A stretch of 63,492 nt of DNA from a virus (IMGVR_UViG_3300044970_000999:1-63492), one strand, 5' to 3'; positions 48,047-56,096 are shown, counted from the first letter of the stretch. Notes: a model not told the origin generated them from the letters alone. Program-made: numbers and translations.

Positions 48047-48607
48047 TTAACAATTTGTACAAGATAGTTTATTTAAAAGCTTAATAGCATAATTATATAA
48101 ACTCATTCCTTTTTGTGGCTCTAAACAAAATTCAACTTTAGATTTTGCAGATTGTAAATACATAAAAATTAGTCTTAGTGCTTCCAACTTTTCTTTAACT
48201 TTAAAAGGTGGATCACAAGCTGCTAAATCTACATCACAAAGAACTTTGTAGTACATATTTAAAGCATGTGTAATTCTCAAATGATTATACTCTACATATA
48301 CTGTTTCATTTGGGGATACACTATATTTAATAATATATATACCATCAGGTAGATTATAATATTTAGTTCCACAATCTACAGTTTGTAACTGTAAATCACA
48401 TGCAGTAAGTGTTATAAAACCATCATTATAGAAGTTAGTTGCATCTATTTGATTAGAGTAACCAAATCCAGGAACTGTAATATTAAGTGTAGGACAAACT
48501 ACAGGTATTGCCGGATTAGCAGTTTGATACACACTTGTATCTAATATTTTAAATATGCACTCATTCATTACTTGAGGCACCTCTAGACTTAATACATGAT
48601 TTGCCAT
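48047..48607 (-). CDS. Putative tail hub protein (crAss-like)
   Basis: LDTSVY...LNITVPG...NLPDGIYIIKYSVSP motif and position after the auxiliary capsid gene. Confidence 0.6.
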   Translation of the reverse strand: MANHVLSLEVPQVMNECIFKILDTSVYQTANPAIPVVCPTLNITVPGFGYSNQIDATNFYNDGFITLTACDLQLQTVDCGTKYYNLPDGIYIIKYSVSPNETVYVEYNHLRITHALNMYYKVLCDVDLAACDPPFKVKEKLEALRLIFMYLQSAKSKVEFCLEPQKGMSLYNYAIKLLNKLSCTNC

Positions 48608-48618
48608 AACTTTCTTTT

Positions 48619-48662
48619 ATAAAAAAAGGAGAGGAGTATAAACTCTCTCTCCTCTTTTTTAT
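48619..48662 (-). terminator. Rho-independent terminator (possibly bidirectional)
   Basis: Imperfect hairpin aaaaaaaggagaggagt-ataa-actctctctcctctttttt flanked by A/T tracts, downstream of the 48680-50332 gene. Confidence 0.75.
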
Positions 48663-48679
48663 TTATTAACTTTAATTAA

Positions 48680-50332
48680 TTACAGTCCACACTGAGCTGG
48701 AAGAGCTGGGAATGCAATTGCAGAACATGTAGATTCACAATTAAATCCATTTAAACCAACTTCAATTTCACAAACTCCACAATTATCTAACCAGTCTTCT
48801 GTAGCATTTACAAATGCAGTACCGCTTGTTACATTAGTAAATACAACTTGTAACAAATATTGATCATTATCAAATGTACCAGTAGGATTGTTAAATCTTG
48901 GAACACTGTGTTGTAAGAACACATTGTAGTAAAGTGCTTGTCTGTTAACAGCATTTACAATTTGATTACCTTGAGTAATTTCCCTGATTCTGAAATCAGA
49001 AGAGAAGAAATTTTGTCTGTAAGACTCAGAAAGAATTACATCTCTAAGAATTGTTTCTCCTAGACCCATTGCTTGGCTACCAAGACACTCATTAACTACA
49101 CAAAGACCTTCAAACTGACAAGGATCTCCATTAAGATCTACTTCTGAAGGATACAAGTTAACTGGTTGTACTTCATAGAAATCAGAAATTTGGAAAGTAC
49201 AATCTCCAAATCTTGTATCTACATAAGCACCATTAAGAATTAAACCTGCACATGCACCTGGAGTATGTCCTGGAGATACATAGTTATTCCAAGTGTCAGC
49301 ACCAACTGAAGCTAAGAAAGTAGCATCTGTTCCTGGAGCATACCAGATAACACCTGCCTCATCCTGAATAGCAATTTGGAAGAATGGAGATACAATTGGA
49401 GAGTTTAATAGATCATTAGCCCAAAGGATCATTACTTCAGTAGAATCTACTGCAGTTGGAGCAATAGCTCCTGCTGGACAGCATCCTGTATAAGCAGATG
49501 CAATATAGTATGCATTGTGATTTAAGAATCTTAGAGCAGGAGAACCTTTAACATCTAAACGAAGATAGTAAGTCTCACCACACAAGAATTCTTTACAACA
49601 GTTAGTTCCAGAAATAACTGGAGCAATTGCAGTTGTAACAGTTAATACATCAATAGTAGCGTCATTATTACCACCAACAATAGTTACTGTATCACCAATA
49701 GTATAATCTTTTCCTGGGCTTAAAACTGTAACAGCTGTTACAACACCAAGAGCAACTGTAATTTCAACAATAAGTCCAGTTCCAGTACCACCAGTTACAG
49801 TTGTAGTAGAAGTACCATTTGTGTATCCTGTACCACCTACTAGTGTTGCAGGATCTAAAGTAAGAACACCACCACCTGCACTAGCATAAGTAGAACCAAC
49901 GTGTACTACATTGTTAGTAGGAGTACAAGGCTCTACATCATAAAATCTAGATACATACTTAGGATTAACAACTTTAGACTTGTTAGTCTCTTGATAACCA
50001 CCAATGAATGGGCTAACTTTATCTTTACAGTAAATAGTAGATCCAGCAAGATAAAGAGGACAACATTCACTAGCAGTACTAGGAACAACTGATAGATTAG
50101 TTTTAGGATCAAACCAACCAACATAGTTGTTTTCAAGATTACCATGTAAAGTAGTTGCAGCAGCAGCCAACTGATTTAATGTGTAAGTAGGGCGAGAAGC
50201 AGTTACCAAAAAACCACCAGTTGCACTAGCATTACCTACTGACCCACCGGATGGGTTAGTAATAGCTACAGGACCAATAGTGTCTCCTGTTGCCAAAAAC
50301 GTTTTTCTAAACGCGTGATTAAAATAAGCCAT
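48680..50332 (-). CDS. Auxiliary capsid / major structural protein (crAss001 gp36-like by position)
   Basis: 550 aa; FLCGETYYLRLDVKGSPALR, GLGETILRD, LQHSVPRFNNPTGTFDNDQY. It has its own putative promoter and terminator, suggesting high expression. Confidence 0.65.
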   Translation of the reverse strand: MAYFNHAFRKTFLATGDTIGPVAITNPSGGSVGNASATGGFLVTASRPTYTLNQLAAAATTLHGNLENNYVGWFDPKTNLSVVPSTASECCPLYLAGSTIYCKDKVSPFIGGYQETNKSKVVNPKYVSRFYDVEPCTPTNNVVHVGSTYASAGGGVLTLDPATLVGGTGYTNGTSTTTVTGGTGTGLIVEITVALGVVTAVTVLSPGKDYTIGDTVTIVGGNNDATIDVLTVTTAIAPVISGTNCCKEFLCGETYYLRLDVKGSPALRFLNHNAYYIASAYTGCCPAGAIAPTAVDSTEVMILWANDLLNSPIVSPFFQIAIQDEAGVIWYAPGTDATFLASVGADTWNNYVSPGHTPGACAGLILNGAYVDTRFGDCTFQISDFYEVQPVNLYPSEVDLNGDPCQFEGLCVVNECLGSQAMGLGETILRDVILSESYRQNFFSSDFRIREITQGNQIVNAVNRQALYYNVFLQHSVPRFNNPTGTFDNDQYLLQVVFTNVTSGTAFVNATEDWLDNCGVCEIEVGLNGFNCESTCSAIAFPALPAQCGL

Positions 50333-50364
50333 TTTTTTAAATTTTAGTTAAACATATATATACT

Positions 50365-50396
50365 ATAATATAGTAAAAAGTTTTTAATCTTACAAA
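50365..50396 (-). promoter_or_regulatory. Putative phage promoter TTTG-N20-TATATTAT
   Basis: Exact 20-nt spacing between TTTG and TATATT upstream of the auxiliary capsid gene. Confidence 0.7.
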
Positions 50397-50915
50397 TTAT
50401 TTTAAGAAAAGTAATTTGTATTTAGTTGAATTAATTGCATCCTTTACTAGATCTAAGTTATTTACAATCTCAGAATAAGGTAGCATGCCTTGTAATTTAT
50501 TAATCATTGCATACATATCTCTTAGATAAGCAACACCGTCAGAAACATCATCTAATGTTCTTGGAGCAACATCTTTTAGTGTTAAAATTTTCTCAGCAAC
50601 ACCCTGATAACCTTCAACTAAAGTATCAGCATGACCTGGTAAACCATCATAAAAATCTCCGATAGCAACATGAGCAGCATATGAGCCAGGTCCAGTTACT
50701 TTAAGATGCAGTTTGTGAAAACTATTTCTAGCATTCATTAGTTCTACTGCACATGCAGCAACCATTGTATCTAATGAACTACCACCAACACCAGCATCAG
50801 GAGTAGGTTGTGGTTTTGAAGGCTCACTCTTAGGCTGAGTTACTGTTACCTGTGGTCTAGATAGTACTCTAGATGGTTCAGGATTTCTTTTTAAAAGTCT
50901 AGATTTTGTTTCCAT
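50397..50915 (-). CDS. Dps/ferritin-like four-helix protein with Pro-rich N-terminal extension
   Basis: FHKLHLKVTGPGSYAAHVAIGDFYDGLPGHADTLVEGYQG parallels the Dps H..HW.V.G....H......Y.......D...E pattern. The C-terminus INSTKYKLLFLK resembles phage Dps-like proteins. Confidence 0.75.
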   Translation of the reverse strand: METKSRLLKRNPEPSRVLSRPQVTVTQPKSEPSKPQPTPDAGVGGSSLDTMVAACAVELMNARNSFHKLHLKVTGPGSYAAHVAIGDFYDGLPGHADTLVEGYQGVAEKILTLKDVAPRTLDDVSDGVAYLRDMYAMINKLQGMLPYSEIVNNLDLVKDAINSTKYKLLFLK

Positions 50916-50917
50916 TA

Positions 50918-51619
50918 TTAGTTATTTCTTTCTGCAGTTTCTGTACCTCTAGAGAATTGATTTCCAGATTCAATGTCTCCAGCAAGTATGCTTACTGCTT
51001 CATCTATTATTACTTCAATTATATCATCTTTAAATTCACATTCTATGTTTGCTGGAGATTGAACACTAGTATAAGGATCAACACAACCTTGTATCTGGAT
51101 TTTTCTAGGTTGTCTATAATAAGTTAAGTCTACTTCAGATACATTAAAATCATTGTTTGTATAAACATTGATTCTATCATCTATAAGTGTAACAAATGTT
51201 TCTGCCCACTGAAAACTAGGTTGTTTTAGTTTATCTCTTAAAAGAACTGAAACATTACCTTCTTCTGCAAGATATGTTACCATTCTTCTTTTATCACAGC
51301 AATCTTTTTGAGCATAGACATCTACTCTTTTCCACTGAAGATAATTTCCGGGAATGCTTAAAAAAGAATAATCTCCTTTATCTGTTAAATTAGTTATAGT
51401 AGTTTTATTAAGAAGAACTTGTAAGTCATCCTTTCTCCGGGTAGATTGCTCATCACCTTCCTTAGTTATATTAATACCATGTAACTGTCTTCTAGACCAC
51501 TCTACTTGGGCTTTATTAAATGCCTCGACTATCTGCCAACATTCCAAGTTGTCATAGTCCTGGCTATCCAACTTATTGATTCGTTGTTTTATTTTTATAA
51601 CTATTGTTGAATTTAACAT
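50918..51619 (-). CDS. Tail ring / head-tail adaptor protein (crAss-like)
   Basis: NKLDSQDY...FNKAQ...EQSTRRKDDLQVL...YYRQP...CEF...IIDEAVSI. Conserved crAss-like structural gene located after gene 75. Confidence 0.75.
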   Translation of the reverse strand: MLNSTIVIKIKQRINKLDSQDYDNLECWQIVEAFNKAQVEWSRRQLHGINITKEGDEQSTRRKDDLQVLLNKTTITNLTDKGDYSFLSIPGNYLQWKRVDVYAQKDCCDKRRMVTYLAEEGNVSVLLRDKLKQPSFQWAETFVTLIDDRINVYTNNDFNVSEVDLTYYRQPRKIQIQGCVDPYTSVQSPANIECEFKDDIIEVIIDEAVSILAGDIESGNQFSRGTETAERNN

Positions 51620-52026
51620 CTTTCTAAATATTTTATCATATTGGTTAATATTTCAACATTATCTTTTGCATAACCAATAGCAAGATTACACGTTGAACAA
51701 AGTAACCCTCTAACTTTATTTGTAGTATGACAATGGTCTACATATAATCCATTTTTTAATGCACTATGTTCAACTAAACAACAATAACATTTATAATCTT
51801 GGTCTTTTAACATTTTTTCAAAATCATCAATAGTAATGTTATAAGTAGATTTTAATACATTATGTTTTCTTTGTCTTTTATTATTTTCAGCCCAGGTTTT
51901 AGATCTTTCAATTGCTATCTCTCTATTATCATTATAAAAATTTTTTCTATACTCTAAGAGCCTCTCTTTATTTTTAAGATAGTATTTTTTTTGGTATTCT
52001 TTTTTATGTTCAAGATTTCTTCCCAT
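51613..52026 (-). mobile_element. Free-standing homing endonuclease, endonuclease VII (His-Me finger) family
   Basis: YNITIDDFEKMLKDQDYKCYCC...LYVDHCHTTNKVRGLLCSTCNLAIG, with a basic N-terminal arm. Flanked by two copies of the ring-gene start. Confidence 0.9.
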
Positions 52027-52028
52027 TA

Positions 52029-52088
52029 TTATCTATCTAATTTATTTAGCCGTTGTTTAATCTTTACAGTTATAGTACTATTTAACAT
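52029..52088 (-). pseudogene. Orphaned 5' end of the ring-protein gene (19 codons)
   Basis: Encodes MLNSTITVKIKQRLNKLDR*, 15/19 identical to the start of 50918-51619 (MLNSTIVIKIKQRINKLDS). Confidence 0.85.
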
Positions 52089-52090
52089 TA

Positions 52091-52585
52091 CTATCTATTT
52101 TTAGCAATTTTCTTTAAAGTCTTTGCAAGAGCTTTTCTTTTAGGAGTACAAGTAGGTTTAGTCATAGGTGTACAATATCCTTTATGTGCAGGATTAATTG
52201 CTTTTTGAATCCACTTCTTATCAGTTGACCCACCTTTTTTAGCTTTAAATATTGGTTTATCTTCAACAGGTACTGGGGGCGTAGAAGTTTTTGGAACTCC
52301 TCTTAAAACTCCTTTTAAAGTTCTTGTTTCCTTAGCTCTTTCAGGCTCACCATAATTTTTTTTAACTACTGTTTTGTAGTTACCATCTGGAGAATAAAAC
52401 TTCATCTTTGCTTCTTTTGGTGCTTTATCACTTAAAGCTCCTCCATTATCAAATTTAGTTCTTGCAGGTTCTCTTTTACCTATAGGAGTATAACCTTGAT
52501 CTTTAGCAGATCTAATTTTACCTGGATATCCTCTCTGTACTTTTACAGATGCACCAAACTTTGCAGTAGTCTTTTTAGTTGCCAT
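52091..52585 (-). CDS. Small Lys-rich basic protein (164 aa)
   Basis: Lys-rich; FDNGG and AKKGG motifs; C-terminal KWIQKAINPAHKGYCTPMTKPTCTP module. Confidence 0.8.
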   Translation of the reverse strand: MATKKTTAKFGASVKVQRGYPGKIRSAKDQGYTPIGKREPARTKFDNGGALSDKAPKEAKMKFYSPDGNYKTVVKKNYGEPERAKETRTLKGVLRGVPKTSTPPVPVEDKPIFKAKKGGSTDKKWIQKAINPAHKGYCTPMTKPTCTPKRKALAKTLKKIAKNR

Positions 52586-52589
52586 GACT

Positions 52590-52628
52590 TTACTTTTTTA
52601 CTTTACCTTTATTTCTACAGCTACACAT
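52590..52628 (-). CDS. Possible 12-aa basic micro-peptide MCSCRNKGKVKK
   Basis: The ATG...TAA ORF fills the gap between two basic-protein genes, with 2-4 nt spacing on each side. Confidence 0.45.
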   Translation of the reverse strand: MCSCRNKGKVKK

Positions 52629-52630
52629 AA

Positions 52631-52969
52631 TTATTTCTTTTTAGATCCACCTTTTTTCATGTAACCCATTTTATTTCTAACAGCTGTTGGTAATTTAGAC
52701 AATCCAACTTTTCCTGGAGGAACTGGTTTAAGTGATCCACCAGCAGCCATTTTTTTAATAGCACCACCTTTCTTCATAGTAGGGTTAGTTCCCATTTGAT
52801 TTTTAGAAATATCTGTGTTACCATTAGTAGGGCGCATTGGTAAGCCATTTAATGGAATACCATAGTTATAATCTGTAGCTCCACCTTTAGCCATTTTTTT
52901 TACTTTCTTAACAGGACCACCAGCTTTCATTTTGCCGCAACCCATTTTACAAGTTTTCATAGTTTTCAT
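52631..52969 (-). CDS. Small Lys/Met/Gly-rich basic protein with five MxxGG motifs
   Basis: MKAGG, MAKGG, MKKGG, MAAGG and MKKGG in 112 aa. Confidence 0.8.
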   Translation of the reverse strand: MKTMKTCKMGCGKMKAGGPVKKVKKMAKGGATDYNYGIPLNGLPMRPTNGNTDISKNQMGTNPTMKKGGAIKKMAAGGSLKPVPPGKVGLSKLPTAVRNKMGYMKKGGSKKK

Positions 52970-52987
52970 AGTAATATATATAATAAG

Positions 52988-53269
52988 TTAACAATTCCAC
53001 TTTCTTAAAGACTTGTTGATTCTAGAGTTAGGATCATTAGCAGTCTTTGAGCTTGTTAGTTTTTTCTTCATACCAGACATTCTTGCACAAAAAGATTTTC
53101 TTCTTTTTGCAGATTTACTATCTGGATCAAGTTTAGATGGTTTAGTAGTAACAGCTGTTTTAAGTTTACTTCCTGGATTAGCTCTTCTATAGGAAGCAAC
53201 ACCTTTAGCATTAAGACCTCCTTCTGGATTCTTACCTTCTTTTCTTTGCCATGCTGGAGACTTTGCCAT
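52988..53269 (-). CDS. Small basic protein of a widespread phage family (DUF6321-like, from recall)
   Basis: SPAWQRKEGKNPEGGLNAKG...RRKSFCARM...SRINKSLRKWNC. Confidence 0.75.
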   Translation of the reverse strand: MAKSPAWQRKEGKNPEGGLNAKGVASYRRANPGSKLKTAVTTKPSKLDPDSKSAKRRKSFCARMSGMKKKLTSSKTANDPNSRINKSLRKWNC

Positions 53270-53670
53270 TACTTCTTTTTTGTATTTTTAATACTACCAC
53301 CTACCTTAGATTTAATTTTAACTTTTGGTATTTTTAATTGTTTACTTTTAATTTTAGTATTTGTATTTGTTTGATTATTTTCAATATTTCTATTTGACAA
53401 TCCTCTTATTATCTGATCATCAATATATGAATCAACATACTTTGTTTGACCAGATGTCATTGGTTTATTATTTTCTATTTTATTTTCAAGTCTATTTAAT
53501 TTTTTAAAATTAAATTTTGGTGAATACTTTTCAAATTTACCTTTTATAAACTTTTTAATACCATCAATTGGTCCAGGTTCTCCACCATTAGACATTTTCT
53601 TTTTAGGTTTTTTACCAGCTTTTTTCATTGAAATAGCTATTGCTGCTTGTTGTGCTCTACTATTTGCCAT
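53269..53670 (-). CDS. Small Lys-rich basic protein (133 aa)
   Basis: SRAQQAAIAISMKKAGKKPK; MSNGG and SKVGG motifs; TAATG coupling to the next gene. Confidence 0.8.
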   Translation of the reverse strand: MANSRAQQAAIAISMKKAGKKPKKKMSNGGEPGPIDGIKKFIKGKFEKYSPKFNFKKLNRLENKIENNKPMTSGQTKYVDSYIDDQIIRGLSNRNIENNQTNTNTKIKSKQLKIPKVKIKSKVGGSIKNTKKK

Positions 53671-53674
53671 TACT

Positions 53675-54037
53675 TTACTTTTTTACACAGTTATTATATG
53701 TTTTACCATACATTGTTTTAGTACCTTTTTTTTCATAACCAGGCCAACAGCTTTTAGCAGTACCGCCCATTTTCTTTTTTGCTAATCCCTTACCCTTATA
53801 TTCGTAATTAGGATTATCCTTATGCCATTTCTTTGTAGCAGCTACTCCTTGTGCTACAGTTTTTGCTCTTCCTTTTGCAGTCAAATCTATTGTATCCCAC
53901 TGTCCTTTATCTTTAGTAGGATGGTTAACCATTATATGACCAACTTTTCCTTCTCCTTTTTTTGTAGTCTTCTTATATACTACATGTTTTTCACCACCGG
54001 CAGTAACCTTTACTTTCTTAGTTTTTGCCTGTGCCAT
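53675..54037 (-). CDS. Small Lys-rich basic protein (120 aa)
   Basis: KKMGG followed by a CWPGYEKKGTKTMYGKTYNNCVKK module. Confidence 0.8.
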   Translation of the reverse strand: MAQAKTKKVKVTAGGEKHVVYKKTTKKGEGKVGHIMVNHPTKDKGQWDTIDLTAKGRAKTVAQGVAATKKWHKDNPNYEYKGKGLAKKKMGGTAKSCWPGYEKKGTKTMYGKTYNNCVKK

Positions 54038-54039
54038 GA

Positions 54040-54285
54040 TTAAATCTTTTTGCCAGCAGCAATACTATTAAATTCTTTTGCTTTCTCAGCTGCCATCTTT
54101 TTTACATCTGCCATTAACTTAGCATTCTTCTGTATCTCAGATGCTCTTTGTAATGTAGACATAGCAGATTCAATTTCCCATTTTCTCATCTCTGCTTTGT
54201 TACCACCAAAAATGGAAATACCAACTGAAGAATTTGCTTTCTTAGCTGGTGTGGATTTTTTAGTTGTTGTTTTTTTAATTGCCAT
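54040..54285 (-). CDS. Small basic helical protein (81 aa)
   Basis: KWEIESAMSTLQRASEI core with a Lys-rich N-terminal arm. Tightly packed with its neighbours. Confidence 0.75.
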   Translation of the reverse strand: MAIKKTTTKKSTPAKKANSSVGISIFGGNKAEMRKWEIESAMSTLQRASEIQKNAKLMADVKKMAAEKAKEFNSIAAGKKI

Positions 54286-54287
54286 AA

Positions 54288-54554
54288 CTATCTATATCTT
54301 GCCGCCTTTTGGGCTATACCCTTGGGCTGTTTAACAAATTGTTTTCCTTTACTATTACCTTTAGCCTTTGCTTTATTTGTTGCAGCTTTTTCTCCTGCTG
54401 ATAAAGAACCCCAAGCAGCTTCCGGTAAATATCTTTTTTTACCTTTTGACTTTACCTCTTTAGAAGAACCTTTCTTCTTATTTGCATAAGTTCCAGATGT
54501 CATCCATTTTTGTGCTGACCAATCTCTTAAACTTTGCTGAGGATCTTTAGCCAT
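54288..54554 (-). CDS. Small basic protein; C-terminal half of a DUF5872-like family (from recall)
   Basis: QQSLRDWSAQKW...RYLPEAAWGSLS...GKQFVKQP. Confidence 0.75.
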   Translation of the reverse strand: MAKDPQQSLRDWSAQKWMTSGTYANKKKGSSKEVKSKGKKRYLPEAAWGSLSAGEKAATNKAKAKGNSKGKQFVKQPKGIAQKAARYR

Positions 54555-54754
54555 TACTTCTTAGTTTTATAACCACCACCTTTAGACTTATATTCTTTAG
54601 CTAAAAGTTGTGCTTTTCTTGCAGACCATTCTCCAGGATCTCCTCCCTTTGTACCAGCTTTAATTCTTTCAAACAAAGACTTACGCATACCAGGCTTAGT
54701 GTAAACACCAGCCTGGTTAACGCGACTTTTAGTAGTAGATTTCTTTAGTGGCAT
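54554..54754 (-). CDS. Small basic protein; N-terminal half of a DUF5872-like family (from recall)
   Basis: YTKPGMRKSLFERIKAGTKGGDPGEWSARKAQLLAKEYKSKGGGY. Confidence 0.75.
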   Translation of the reverse strand: MPLKKSTTKSRVNQAGVYTKPGMRKSLFERIKAGTKGGDPGEWSARKAQLLAKEYKSKGGGYKTKK

Positions 54755-55023
54755 TATTTCATTTTTTTAGCACCACCTTTTTTCATCATACCTGGTCTCA
54801 TAGAAGTACCATACATAGCTTTAGGAACTGCAGTTTTAGGAGCTTTAGAAGTTCCACCTGAACGTCCTTTAGCTACTTTAGATGCAGAAACTTTAGCATT
54901 CTCTCCAGAGATAACACCTTTAGATCCAGGAGTTTTATCTGCAGAAACTTTAGTATTAGCATTTACCATACCACCAGCTTTCATCATTGATTTGCCATAC
55001 ATGGCTTTTGCTATTTTTTTCAT
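54754..55023 (-). CDS. Small Lys-rich basic protein (89 aa)
   Basis: KAMYG twice, MKAGG, MKKGG, and an internal repeat NTKVSA/NAKVSA. Confidence 0.8.
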   Translation of the reverse strand: MKKIAKAMYGKSMMKAGGMVNANTKVSADKTPGSKGVISGENAKVSASKVAKGRSGGTSKAPKTAVPKAMYGTSMRPGMMKKGGAKKMK

Positions 55024-55035
55024 TTTATATAATTT

Positions 55036-56061
55036 TTAAGAGTTCCACAATTTTTCAACAGAAGTTGTAAGATCCTTAAGAATATCCTCATTAAGTGGGT
55101 TCTTTAAGTATTCTACAACATCTGATACATTTCTACCAAGTAAGCTATTAGATTTACCATGATAAATATGACCATCTGCCTTACTTATAATATACTTAAA
55201 AAATACGGAATCTCTAACAATTGATTTAATTTTTAGTGTTTCCATATCCATATTTACTGCATCAAGGAAAGATTTAGCTGCTCTCTCTTTGTTGCTTTCT
55301 CCACCTTCACCATTTATGTAAATATCCATGTTCTCATAAATGACATCATTTGGAGTAGATTTTCTATACTGTGTGCTATTAATATCTACTACTTTAGCAA
55401 CATAGAATAGTTTTGTACTGTTTTTATCAAATAACTTCTGTAGCTCAGAAAGTGCTTTGTTACGCATTTTCTTGTACTCAGTTCTGATCATTACAGTTTC
55501 TTCTTCTTTATCTAGATAAAACTTAGGTGGTTTAGCTTTAGATCTTGCATCATCATAGCTTTTAGCTACAATTGAAAATCCTCCAGCTTCAATAGCATAA
55601 AGTTTAATTCTATCAAAAGGATCTTTAGGATCAAGATAAACTGGCTCATTACCACATTTTATATCTATCTTGTTCCAAAAATCTTTATTATTTGGAGTAA
55701 GTAATTTTACTTTATTCCAAAAATCTTTATCTTCTGGATCTATAACATTTGATGCTAGCTCTCTTTCTAGTTCAACAATAGCTGTTCTAATTTCCCTTAC
55801 TTTAGCTTCTCTTTGCTCAGTAGGTAAAGTTTTAATCTCAGGTGCAAATTCATTTAAACCTGTGATGTATCTAATTACTCCATTAACCTCAAGACAGGCT
55901 AATTGCTCATGATGTTTTACTCCGTCAAATAAAACTTGATCATAAGCTTCTAATCCCATATTAGCATTATTTTTATCAAAGAACGGTCTAATAGCAATAG
56001 CTGTTTTTCTTGCGGTGGCAGCTTTATTAATTTCCACCATTGTAAATCCTGTTGTTTCCAT
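55036..56061 (-). CDS. Conserved crAss-like protein downstream of MCP (gene-75-like)
   Basis: 341 aa; YITGL, FW..., VEYLKNPLNEDIL C-terminus. Canonical position after the MCP. Confidence 0.7.
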   Translation of the reverse strand: METTGFTMVEINKAATARKTAIAIRPFFDKNNANMGLEAYDQVLFDGVKHHEQLACLEVNGVIRYITGLNEFAPEIKTLPTEQREAKVREIRTAIVELERELASNVIDPEDKDFWNKVKLLTPNNKDFWNKIDIKCGNEPVYLDPKDPFDRIKLYAIEAGGFSIVAKSYDDARSKAKPPKFYLDKEEETVMIRTEYKKMRNKALSELQKLFDKNSTKLFYVAKVVDINSTQYRKSTPNDVIYENMDIYINGEGGESNKERAAKSFLDAVNMDMETLKIKSIVRDSVFFKYIISKADGHIYHGKSNSLLGRNVSDVVEYLKNPLNEDILKDLTTSVEKLWNS

Positions 56062-56096
56062 GTTTTTTGTTGGTTTAAGTTTTTAAAAAAATAAGT

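Noticed and set aside
51565-52088. Group I intron or intein around the EndoVII gene
   Set aside because: There is almost no non-coding sequence for a ribozyme core, the endonuclease has its own start and stop, and the downstream gene has a complete start.
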